DNA of 64,000 nt from Botryllus schlosseri (Eukaryota): the NCBI GenBank assembly GCA_051294905.1, contig CM119384.1, forward strand, positions 2,294,001 to 2,358,000, read 5' to 3'. Of the stretch, positions 47,101 through 59,960 are shown one piece after another. Every line of letters begins with the position of its first letter. Within the stretch, counting starts at the first letter, position 1. The position numbers and the translations under genes are program-made. The notes under the pieces were generated by a model. The model searched no databases and was not told the DNA's origin. It saw nothing but the letters and a program-made list of their open reading frames with translations.

Positions 47101-47916
47101 ACTATGAATGTATTATTCAATTGTATATTGAAGTCCTGTACCTCCAAGAAGCTCTCCAAAGCCCAAATCGCAACTAAGGGCGTCGCGAATGATGGCAATA
47201 TTGAGATTGAAGTCTTGACTTCTGAATTTATCCACATTTTAAGCGATTCAAACACCTGTGACATCATTGTCGCCATATCCTGACCGAAAGTCGGGATAAA
47301 AATGAGTAAATACGTATAGAAACAAATAAAAATGAAGCATATCCGTATCATTGTTAGAGTAAACTACTTGAATCCCACTCGCCCCAATAAAAAATAACTC
47401 GGTTTGATGACCCTCCGGCTATAAGTGGGTTTGCGAAAGTACTTGAGCGCTGTTAACAATGTTGCCTTTCCAAAGTCAGCGCTTGCGCTGAGATCAAATC
47501 AAATGAAACCGATTCGGAATATTTTTGTTGGCGATTCGAATAATGAATGAAGCGGGGCCATACGGAACTTGTATGGTAGTCCCCGAGTGAACATGACAAA
47601 GCTATTTTCGTGGTGTACGATGCCACATTATCGCGAATAAAGATAATCATGATTAAGAAAATAATAGTTAGTGATTCACATCTTAGTTTTACGAAGGAAT
47701 CAGGCATTACATTCCAATAATTCATTCAAGAAGAACCAACAGTATGTGTGGACGTAAAGTCGCGACTATATCAAGACATTATAACGTTACAATGGTGTGG
47801 GAGTGGTCTCGCAAGGCACAGACATACGAAATGCCTCGAGTTTAGATAGAAAAACCTGCCGAAATGAGGTTCTCACCAAACCAAGCCTCTAAAAGCTTAC
47901 AATCTCGCACCCATAC

Positions 47917-47942
47917 TTTCCCGCCTCTACGAAACCAATCAG
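47917..47942. promoter_or_regulatory. E2F-like site plus CCAAT box (possible promoter)
   Basis: TTTCCCGC at 47917-47924 and CCAATCAG at 47935-47942; motif match only. Confidence 0.2.
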
Positions 47943-50439
47943 GCAGCGCACAATCACGATATCATCAGACAGAAATACATACTACTCCCGTTATCAGATA
48001 AAAGTGGGTCACAGCACACACAGTCATAGCTACCCCGAACAAATTTAGCACAAAATCAGCGTTATACCGTGATGGATGGAGACAGCGGCCAATGAGATCG
48101 ATTGTCCTTCAGTTATAAGAAAACATAAACAAAGCGGTCCACTGGATTTCCACCATAGCGTGGGGTTAAGCGCGAGATATACGCAGTTTGAGAGTAGGTC
48201 GCAACGTGTGGCTGCTGTCACTGCTCGCTGCTCTAATAACGCCACTAACTGGGATTGCTGCCGCATATAGGTGCAGACAACCGCATTTACGGAGAAATAA
48301 AGAATCGCGCCAAGCTATCACTATAGTGTAGTGGTTCTCAGCCAGTGGTACGCGTACTACTATTGATACACGAAGTCGTTTCAGGGGGTACGCTGTAAAT
48401 CCATTTCTTTTTAAGTAAAATTACAGGTTTCACAAATCGTTAAAGTATTTTTTCTGATGTAAGAACCAAGAAACGTCTTCGTCGAATGCATTAGGCAAAT
48501 AAGTTAAGCGTTATGTGACTCAATCGCACCCCGCCTGGATCAGCTTGTGGAGAACAAACAATTGCAGCCATCGTACTAAATTTTGCCTTGTTAGAGTGTG
48601 TTATTCATAATCAGGGGAGGATTAGGTCGTGGGCCGCATTTGTTTCGAAATTTCCGGGCCGGCTTATTTGCTAATCCGCCCAAATGAATCATCCGGTATA
48701 TATTTGGAGTAAAGTTGGGTGTTTCGTTAATCTGTCGGTAAGCAACAAAATCGTAGAACCTCGATGTGGTACGCGGCAAGAAAAGGGTTATAAGACCCTC
48801 AGAATATCAGTTTTCCACTCTACATAGATTAACCCCACTATGGTGGAAATCTAATAAATAGAACTGTTTTCCACTCATGGATTTGTATACTGCATACACT
48901 GCGAAAAGAGTGTATTCACATTCACACCCAAAGGGAAGAAAAGAGTCGTTACACGAAAATATGACATATCCAGAATTGTATCACGGTCATAAATCCTTCC
49001 AATATACGCTCCTATATGCGAGCATAAGTTGGATTAATGTTGTACTCGCTATATACCACGGTATAAGTGTGAGGTAGGCTCAGGGTTTCGTGTGCCACAG
49101 GAGCTGTATTGTATATTCATACCCGTATATTATAGGGGTGGTTGCACAATCTTTTCGCTTAGAATGTTCTGTATATACATTTTTTTCGACATTCACCATA
49201 TGTACTTCTATGCCACATCCACCTATGTCTATGATGACTTGACGCCAAAAATATTTTGGCGCGCAAACGTCATCCGGTTCGTATAAAGAAACGACATCTA
49301 TATTACCGCAAGCTGATATACTTTAGAAATCCATAACATTTTGATATGTAAACCGCATTTTCTCTGGGAGCGAGTCTCACGAGGGCCCGTATCGCTCTCG
49401 ACTGTAAAGTCAGACCCCACTCAACGCCTTCTGCTTCCACTACACTACAATTAGTCACAGCACTCCAATGATATGGAGTGCTTTTCATCATACCGTCAGC
49501 GCAGCCGCGCACATTACGTATACGGTCGCTTTTCGGCAAAAATTGGCGCGGAAATGGTTATCATTAAAGTTGGCCATAATGATTCCAGTACTCAAACCGA
49601 ATCTAGCATTTATTGTCATGATTCGTGTTGATTTGTGTGAGAAGATTTTTCAGGTGTTGCAATCATACGCTCCATGCCACTGTGAGGTAATTTATCAACG
49701 AGAATTATAGTTTCTATACTATTTTAACAGCTAGGAAGTCCTAATATCTTGATTGCCCGTATCTCAGCATGCAAAACATGTAGTAGGATATAAAGCGACG
49801 CACGCTACTGGAAATGGTATGTCTGTGAAGACTTCATCAGCCCACAGCATTGTCACAAAGTGCAATGAAATAGGTGGTCGGAAAAATGCAGAATTTTCTT
49901 TAATGTGATGCAGAACTGGCGCTTTTTTCTTTGTGATCGTGTAAAAGGTACACGTTTGAACTTTACACCTGATTCACACTTTGAAGACATCATACTCGAA
50001 TACTTGACTCGATTCGAGCCTAATGATTGATTCAGAATCGAATGACTCCCAGCACTAGTTATCACATTGATTCGTTTAGGGCTTCTGGCGTGTCAGTCGG
50101 AGAAAAGCGTTTCTCATGCTCGGCTGCAGAGTGCATGAGCGTATCCCACGACCTCAAGATTAACTTTTTCCCTAGTTACTTCAACTTGAGCGAGTTTTGT
50201 CGTCCAATTTTAGCGTCTCAAGATCGGTGTCACAGTGAGAGGCCGTTTTGGAATTCGATCAAATAATTATGAAACGCAGCGTGTCGCTTCGATGAGAGAG
50301 TATACCGCAATATAACGACAGAAATTTCGTAACTGATCAACGTCTCTGAAGTGTGTCTCGGCAAAATCGAGTGTCTTGGTGATTCGAGCCGAGTCGACTT
50401 CGATATTACAAGCTATTAAGCCCTGCTTATTATGTACAT

Positions 50440-50646
50440 TAGGTTCGTTCAAAAATAACTTTTTTCTTCAAATTTTACCAGAAATTCTATAAAATTGTTA
50501 TGTTGACTGAAGAAAAACGCTGCACGCTTAATTTCACTCAATTCCAACCAGTAGAAGCGAAGCTATTAAAGTTAGAAAATTTTAAATTTAATAATAATAC
50601 TATCAACCCCATAGAATTGTTCAGTCCGTGGTTTTGAACAACCCTA
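50440..50646. mobile_element. MITE family B short deletion derivative with TSD
   Basis: taggttcgttcaaaaataac ... ttttgaacaacccta; ATGTACAT at 50432-50439 and 50647-50654. Confidence 0.8.
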
Positions 50647-53600
50647 ATGTACATCTCCAGGCACTATCATAGTCCTATGGGACTCGTATTTTTTAAGATC
50701 GAGTACGATGCAATTTATGTCGACTGTGGAGGGTGATTTTGTGTATCCTACATTCTCAACAAGCCTTGATACGTGACCATGACAAACGCGTCAAAGCGTC
50801 CTCTATAGACACACACCTGATTCACCCATCTCAAATAGTTTCTTCATTCAATATCCGGCGGAGCCTACTAGAATAAATATGCCTTTCTTTATTTGATTAA
50901 TCCTCATTCCGAATTCGTACCGTTACTTGTGACTTATCGCATAGCGCCCTTGTTATTTCTTACAGAGTCGCGCGGCTATGTACAATATATTTTTCATAAT
51001 TGAGAGGCGTATTACCGGCGAGAGGTAACCGCGTGGAGTTAGGCCGTAGCGGCGAACTGTTTGCTTATTATGATGGATGCCGGGTCGGCGCGTTTTAAGA
51101 TGGTTTCGCGATAGAAGACGTATTCTATTTTAACGTATTTGTCAGTATTCTGATGTATCCACGCGAAAACCCACCCCAGATTAGTCATAAATATCAATTT
51201 ACTTTGCACGTGACACAGGTGTTTCGGACGTGTAATTTTGGAACGAGATGTCGGCCGTCGTACGGACTCGCGCTCGCATTGCGTTCGGGCGTATGAGACA
51301 TAATAATTATGAAATTTTATGCTTTAATTACATTTCTAATCTAATTACTGATTTTCTTGAAAATGCTACAGGGGAACTGTATCACGGGAAACGAGACAGA
51401 CTTGGTGGACATTGACCATTGCCATTGTCATGCCTATGAGAATGAATTGAACTTGAATTTTGGTGTGTTTCTTTATAATTCGGGATTTAATGCAATTTCC
51501 AAGTTTTTGCGAACTCAAAAATTCTAATTCTAATATAGTTTGGAAAAAATAACTCTGTACGTATAGCTATCATTCTAATTTGGAATAGTTGAACATCTTA
51601 TATTTGTCCAAGTCCAACTCTTCACTCATTATGTGACAGCTTAACGGACGGTTAACTTTTTTAGCATCACGATGTCACATGCCGATTTGTCCAGTGCCTC
51701 GCAGTGATTCTCGCAAAAGAAATGACCATTATTGTTTTGCCAATAATGGTAAAATCTGAAACAGTAAGTCGGGAATGAAAGAAGCAGCGATCGATAATCT
51801 GAACTCTTTCGAGTAAAATAATCAATGACATATCAAAAATAAATTATTTATCTTCACCCCAAAACTCGCCCATGCGAATTTGTTTGTTTTGCTTGCTCCT
51901 TTTATTGCGCGATCGTGTTTCGGTGTCAGGTTCGGCATTAGGAATGCAAAATAATCGCAATTTAAGGTGCACGCTCTCGCCCGACTGTCTGTCTTCTGTA
52001 ATGTATATCTTTACCGCGAAAGGTATTTGGGGTATACGGGCCTAGCGCAATCGATTAATAGTATATTAAGTTCTTCAATCTATTTGAGTAATCCATTTCA
52101 AAAAGTGTGTCATTCCAATTATATTTAATTAAGCATCTGATAAGAAAACATATTTGGAAACAGTGCTACTGTGTGTCAACGTAGCAAAAATTACCGTTTG
52201 ATCACAATGCAGTGAATTGCGTAACGCTACAGTACCAAACAATGTATGTAATAGCTTCTTGGAGGTACGTAACCTCAATATACAATTGAATAGTATCCAT
52301 ATGGAAATGAACCCGAATATTTTTGGCTGACAGGCTGTAACTCGTCGGGGGTAATCGTCAGAAACTGGTAAAAGAGGAAAGAACATTGTATATCAACACG
52401 GGTTTATTTCAATGCGAATATATTATTCAAATATTTTTGTAATGTTACGTAATGTTACAACATTAATAAAATCGATATGTGTCTGTAATTGGGGTTGCAT
52501 TTAAAACAGAAATCGATAATACAAACATGTTAATAACATCTTTTTATTAGCCATGACGTCACGGATATTTAAATGTGACGTCATCGTGAATGACACTGAC
52601 AATTGAAAATATAGTGTGAATACGGTTTCTTTGTCGACAAAGGCTTCCGATCCCCGTCTTAAACGGAGCAAAAAATATCTTTGAGCAGTAATACAGTGTG
52701 ATGCAGCATTTTTACGGCCGGTGATCATCATCATCCGAACATCCATTTCGTACCAATGTTCGTTATCTACGTCCTACATCGGCTGAACCGACGACGATAT
52801 CGAGGGTTCCAACCATTCCATAAACGTAAGTCGACTATATCGGGTGCAAATCGTCCGTAGGCTCATAGTACGTGTTTTTTTTTTATTGTTTTAAAACACC
52901 AGGTTTTTTACGTGCAACCTTATTTGTAATGGTGTATCTAATAAATTGGTACTGCCATATACATAAATACTTATTTTGCAATGACTATTTTGATGACAGG
53001 ATTCGAGATACTGACACGAAATCTTTCAAAAACTAGACGTTGTCAAAGTAGTCTGTAACGAAGTACTTCAAGTTGAGTTTGGTTACTCTCACAATGACCA
53101 TGACCATATATCGCAAAATGTTACAGGGATCAGAAGAATGTATTAGGATCGCATATACAACACAGGGAACCACAAGCTTCGAGTGTCGTGGTTTTGAGCC
53201 GATCACGAGTGCTAGGGCACAGTAAGCTTGAGTATAGTCAATGTTGTCAATGTCAATTTGATTTCACACGCGAAGAGTGTTCGCACTTCGGTTGAAGAAC
53301 AAGACTTGGGCGCAGTTATTTGTTTACAGTTCTTCACACAACCCTCGACTAGGGAGGTCGATTGATTGGCCAAATGTTCATACGAGCTGCTAAGATAGTG
53401 TTACATGCGTCAAGCAAACCCTTCCTTGTGAGTTGCACAACTAACATATTTCAGCTTCTGTAACTTAGATTAAAATAAAAGGGTTCTTTTTCATATTACA
53501 TTAGAATTAGAGCGATCGAATTTTTGAGACCTTGAAATTGAATTCAATTCCGAATTTGAAATATATACCGCAACAATCGAGTGCAGTTCATATCATATCA

Positions 53601-53797
53601 TTCTCACAAGAAGCCGGATGTCAAAGGTCTGCACAGCAAGCTTGACTCGTTTCGCACTATACAGATCTCCAGTAGCATTTTCATGAGAACCAAAAATTAG
53701 ACGAGAATTAAAATTAAAGCATAACAACATAGAACAAATTAGATTAGAATTACATTACCGGCATTTGCTACAACTTAGTCTAATTACTAGGGTTGTG

Positions 53798-54149
53798 GTG
53801 GGTTACCATATTTTGGTATCGGAAAAAGAGGACACTTTTTTCAAATAATAACAGTTAGTTTACCGTAATTGAAAACAGCTGATTTTGAAATATTCACTGA
53901 AAAAAGGTCATCACTTTGACTGGGCTCCCGGATTGCCCACTATTTATCGATACTTGTCTGGTGTTGACTGAAAAAAACTCCATATTTTTACTCCCGCGTC
54001 ACCCGTGGTCTATCTTTTAGGCCAAAATTAACGTCTTCCGTGGTCATTTTGGACATTTTAGGCTAAAAAGGATGACATTTTGGCGAAGGAAGGACATTTC
54101 TTCAAAACGGAGGACAAATCCGCCTAAAGAAGGACGTACGGTAGCCCTA
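53798..54149. mobile_element. hAT-like MITE (gggttaccata ... ggtagcccta, ggaca repeats)
   Basis: Imperfect TIRs and repeated aggaca motifs; no TSD recognised. Confidence 0.5.
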
Positions 54150-54577
54150 CTAAGTACTAACTACACAACTGCTGTCACAATTACAAGACTGCATACATAA
54201 TTAGGAATATCTCGATTATTCTGCCACGGAAAAGACAAGGCGACGGCTTGTTATAACGCAAAACAAACACGCCTATTACATCACATAGATTCTACTGAGA
54301 TACTATAGAAGTTAAATTCTAATAATACATCTATTGACTGCGCATGATTCGTTATAATCCTGATGACAAAACGCCTTTTAGCAGTTCTGCTTGTAGCGTA
54401 TCGCTGCGAAATGTTTATCGGCGTCAATCTAGCATGATTCCACCCGGATCAAATCTGATTACATGAGCCTTAAAGCTCGAAAATCTCAAATCTTAGGACT
54501 ACATTTCCGCTGACTGCACACAGTTGTTACCAATAAACAGTTGACAGAAAATCTGTTGCTTCGTGAGAAAGGTCCAG

Positions 54578-54624
54578 CCGGGGCCTACGATACTTTCGTA
54601 CCTACTTAGTATCGTAGGCCCCGG
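54578..54624. repeat. Perfect 17-bp inverted repeat with 13-nt spacer
   Basis: ccggggcctacgatact (54578-54594) / agtatcgtaggccccgg (54608-54624). Confidence 0.92.
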
Positions 54625-57600
54625 TCCAACGGTGAAGCGCGGTAGGTCATGTCTTCGTAATGTGAGTACACTACTCAAGCGTATTAGAAGATTCTGTACT
54701 CTTTGCGATGTACAATGCGAGGTAAGTCATCCCATGTATTAATTGCATGGTATTTTATTGAGACAAGACATATCGTGTCCACGCCAGTCCAAAACTAACT
54801 GCAATTGGCCGTGCGAGTCATACGTATCGCTGATGGATGCTGTCTATCTCACAAGCTGAGTTGATGCGAGGCACTTTGAGCTAGTCATTGGGGAATTCGT
54901 TGCAGTTCTTAACGTGAACTGCAGCGCATTAATGATACATGAAAATACATGGTAGTCTGATGATATGATACAGAAATTCACTCAATCTGCTATTATCTAC
55001 TAAAACACTTCCGTTACCCCGTTTCTGGAAATGATCAGAGCTAAAGATAGACTTGCATAATGTATTCATATTGAAATAAGCCCGACTATTTTCGACTGGA
55101 ACTCGTCAGGAGTAATCGTCAACAGATGGGCAACTAGATAATTCTAGTTGTCTAAATAGACTAATTAGAGCAAAATGCCGGTAATCTAATTCTAATAAAA
55201 TTTGAGAAATGTTTCTATAGTGACTAATTTTAATTCTAATCTAATTTCCGGTTTTCCTGTAGATGCTATACGGGAGAACTGTATAGTTTGAAACGAGCCA
55301 AGCTTGCTGTACACAGACATTTGCTACGTTTTGATATTAACGTAACTTGATTCGATGACTAAGTTACAGAACTTCAACAATTGGATAATATAGTCGGGTT
55401 TGTTTCAACATGAATATAGGCAACAGCTATATACTGGGGTTTTGTACGTCCAAGACTTTCTGAAATATGAACAGTAGCGAGCATTCGCATTTCAAAGGTT
55501 TCTTCAAGACGAAAAAAACACGGGCCTATAGGAAGGGAAGACACAAATATAGGAAATGGTTTATCAGAGAAACCATAAGCTAGCCACTGATGACGCGATC
55601 TAGCGTAGCCGCGTGACCATACAAATCACAGTAATCAACGCGATGCTACTTCCCGTTCTCACGGCGTATCGGCATCATCATCTCCGACTAATTTGAAACA
55701 GATTATCTGCGCCGCACTGAAATAGCAACTAGGGCCGATGCTGTATGAGTTCATGAGCGACTTGAACGTGAGCACCAAGCAGCGAACATCAAATCAATCA
55801 GTTTTGAGATATTTTGAACTTGCTTGAACGTCTGCGACGGAGGCAGATGATATCAAGGCTATTCGAAAACCATATCTTCGAAACTATGGCATAAAGCACT
55901 GATATTGATACATTCAGAACCCCGAACCATACGCATCAAAGCTCCGACACCAAAAAGCCGCATGGCATCCGGTTTTGCGCGGAAAGAGCGCGCCAATTAC
56001 GGGTAAATATTGTAATTTCCGATGGGCCGCAGCGGTAAATTAGTACGCTGCGAGATTCGGGCGAATCGCTACTAATTGATTATACATTCGTTGGTGTAAT
56101 TGTCGGTGTCACTGACGTATGATTTGTGCGAGTCCCACGCCTTTTTCGAGCTAATTAGAACAATGAAAGGCAACGGGTAAACGGCCGTTTACACCGCGCT
56201 GCATATTTGCGTGTTGTCATCTTGTCAATCGTCTTGGACCTCACCCACAAAGAAATTATGGTGATTACGATATCCTGAACACAGTAAGAATGATGTTACA
56301 TCGTCCTGCGACTGCTAGACTAGGAATATTGACATATTTCTTATAACTTGCAGGTGTCCAGATCTATAGCATTTCTAATTGCTAGTATTACACGCCCAAG
56401 CATGCCAATGGACATAAAGCTGCTCAAATAAATGCTCTAAAGTTTTGGAAATGCGCCTTAATATAGATCACATGTATTTTGAATATGGGCGCAATGTATC
56501 AGGGCTGAAAAGAGATCGTTTGTTTCGGTATTGGCTCAAATATCCGATATCGGTCTGGCTCTAATATACACCCATGTGCATTGTGCAATAATGATACAGC
56601 CTGCCCAAAACTTGTTTGAGGAAGTGTTTATAGCCCGATTATTGGCGCTAACGATAGGAAACTTCGTATCTAAAAGCGTATTTTGACGCGTTACCAACAT
56701 ATCACATCGTAATGCAAGTCAAAATTGCGCCTATCGCCCATTGCCTGCGCGCTTTCAGTATCTAGCTATAAGTTAAACAAAGATAAGTAAAAATAGTAGC
56801 CCGACTAGTTGTAAGATATTTTTGTAACAAACATCAGAAGTAAGTTCTCTTATAAGCAATCATAATAGTAAATCCGTCCCATACTACTGGACAAATGTTC
56901 CAATTCATGTATAACATCCAACGACACCAAAAGTAGTAATGTTAGTATAGTTTTAATAATGAAGGCTGTGTGGCTTGAACAGGTGTCAACGAATATCTTC
57001 GAGTGACACAGGTTAAGCAAATATACCTCATTCGGCTGCTAGCAATAAGAGTTGAGTATGAAACATCAGTGATTTTGTGTACCAGGTGGCAAACGACCAT
57101 GACACAAACTCCACCGAACAAATATATGCGTCTGAACACTCATCGTCATTAGGGCTGCGCGCAATGATTCGATCACTCCAATCCGAATCGAGTACTGATA
57201 CTAATACTACTACTTCTACTAAGTCTAACAGTCAATTCATAATCGAATCGTTATATTCCATGATTCAACGAGGAAGCGAACTTTAATTTCCCACAACATT
57301 TATTTGTAAGCTGGGGCTCAGCAAACCCGCTTATTTCACGCCCGTTTAGTCATAAACGATGACCAATCCCGAAGTCGACCCCCTTGATTTCGCAGATCGT
57401 GACCGAAAACTATTTTCAAATGACGCGGCGACAGAAATTCGTGACGCAAAACACAGGCTGCGCCGAGATTGAGAAATACCCGCTTCGGAGAACGAGTCGG
57501 GTTATGCAGAGGCTGTAAAAGCAGTCTGCTTTGTAAAGGTGCCAAAATCTTCTTGAGTTCCGGAGAAGCAGAAGTAAAACTTAAACTTCGTTACCGGCCA

Positions 57601-59532
57601 CCTCTCGGTATACGACCTGTAAGCTTCTCGTATAGGATTCAAACCGTCTTGAGATGCATACAAATTGAAATATTTCCGCATTGAAATAAACCCGAATGTC
57701 TCCGGTTTACGCTTGTCTGGGATGATCGCCAGTCAACTATAACAGAGCATTGAAAAGAGCATTGTATATCAACAATCGCATCACCAAATACGTATGTTGA
57801 TAGACAATGCTATTTCGTATGCCGTATTAGTTGCTGACGATTATAGTACCTCCGATAAGTATCAGCCAAAAATTATCGGGTTTATTTCAATATGAATATA
57901 TTATTCAATTGTATATTGTTCCATCTCGAAGAGCCTATCCATTGTTAGGTATCAGCTGTGTCCGCCTGAAATATCCTTCGGACCCCGCCTGACCGCTGAT
58001 TTATCAAACTAGATCATTCAGTCCCACTGACCGTAACCGATGTCATTCCTTTGCACTTTCCATTGTCTACTAAATTTTTAGTTTTATCAGACAAAGTGTA
58101 ACGATTCTGCTTCGCAGAGATAAGCACTGGATTAAGGGGTGTTATTCTTGGTTATACAGCCTTTCCGTGATCCCCCCAACGGTTTACATATAAAATCCAT
58201 CATAGACGTATCCTCCTTATGACACAGTTAATCCTTCACAGGTGATATCACCCATAATTCCATAGTTTAGTTACCTTGTCAGCCATAATTCTATATCAGC
58301 AAGTTCTCTTCAGAGCTCATCGCATGAGTCTATCAATAAAGCAAGTCTTTTTATCGCTAACGTATGAGTCAGTGTCTTCTGAGGGAGATTAAACATGGGC
58401 GCCGGCAGGTATGCACGGAGAAGCGCGTTGGAAATTTAGAGTTTTGGTGATTCCGTGGAATACCGAATCTCTTGATTTTGCTGCTAATTTGTCTTATTTT
58501 GCGCGATATTCTTACTGTGGAATTCGGTTGCGCCAGAAACAGATAGGTATTTATCATCTCCCAGCAAAAGAATATTGTCAACCAACGCCTGACCATCTGG
58601 TCAATCTTAGTCATTTTTGACCACTCCTATTAGGCTGCATGGCACTTTGTGCTATATGTTCTATATTATATAATGCGAACCATCGATGTTTACAGCCGCT
58701 CATTGATGGAAAATAGTGTAGAAACTATAATTCTATTGATAAATTAACTCTTAGCGACAAGTAACGTATAATTTCATTACTCGAAAAGTAATCTCTCTAG
58801 CTACTCGACACTAATCACAATTACTCGGTTCAAATTCGAGTACCCGGATCATTGTGCCAAGCAATAGCACAAACTCGTACAGCACCTGCTAAACCCGGTA
58901 CGAAGTTCTGGTTTTGTATCAAGTTCGGTATTCATTTGCGATGCGCTGTTTATTCTTGCTATACAGCAAGCTAGTGTATATGATACAATTGTTGACATAC
59001 TATGTTCTTTGCAATTATTTACTAGTTGCTGACGATTACCCCTGCCCAGTGTCAGCCGAAAATTCTCGGGTTTATTCCAATATGAATGTATATCATTCAA
59101 TTGCATGCTGAAATCTAACGGCGATGTGCGACCTCATAGCAGCTCACATTTGTCTTCGACGTCTGTGGCCACTCGGATTACAAAACAAGCGATGAGTAAC
59201 TCGACCGAAATCGCAGAGTTAACGACCCAGCTCTTTTAGATCCTTACTATTTTGAAACGGGACTCGCTTCGTTTACCTTTTGAGCCTCTGCAAGAGGACG
59301 AATCAACTACTGTAAGCCGTGAGTGGAAAAGGTGCATTTTCAAATTTCTATACCATAATAGGGTGGGGTTTGCTTTAGTGTACGTTCAGTAAACCGCACT
59401 TTCAGGCATACTTGGACAACTTGATAATTCTATTTGTACTTCTAATTTAATAAGTGAAATGTTCCTATGTTCTCATTTTCATTCTAATCTAATTTCTGAT
59501 TTTCCTGGAAATGCAACAGGAGACCTGTACAG

Positions 59533-59960
59533 TAGGGCTCTTCAAAAATGACTCTTTTTCTCAAATCGTACTGGCTACTTGATAGAATTGTTAGGTTACC
59601 TAATTTTAGCCTACACACAAAATTTGGTTCAATTCCCGCCATTAGCCGCTTTGCTGCAGGAGAAGTTTCTATTTGCTATATAAAAATAAATAATAAAAAA
59701 TTTGAAAATTTTCAGTTCACCCCATGAAAGTGTTAGTCTGTCTATAGAAACGATGCTCACCAAATTTGGTTCAATTCCAACCCGTGGAAGCGGAGTTATT
59801 GCCGTCGAAAAATTTGGATTTGAATAAAATAGTATTTACGGTGACCGATTCTGTGTTTATTTATTATAGTGGTGCTCACCGTAAATACTATTTTATTCAA
59901 ATCCAAATTTTTCGACGGCAACAACTCCGCTTCCACTGGTTGAAATTGAACCAAAATTTT
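59533..59960. mobile_element. MITE family B copy (left arm plus central palindrome) inserted in family A
   Basis: ctgtacag|tagggctcttcaaaaatgac; about 85-bp inverted repeat 59760-59835 versus 59875-59955; right terminus absent. Confidence 0.75.

Noticed and set aside
51722-51960. Signal-peptide-like + strand reads with donors (MTIIVLPIMVKSET|gtaagt; MRICLFCLLLLL...)
   Set aside because: No downstream + strand coding exons found to join them to.
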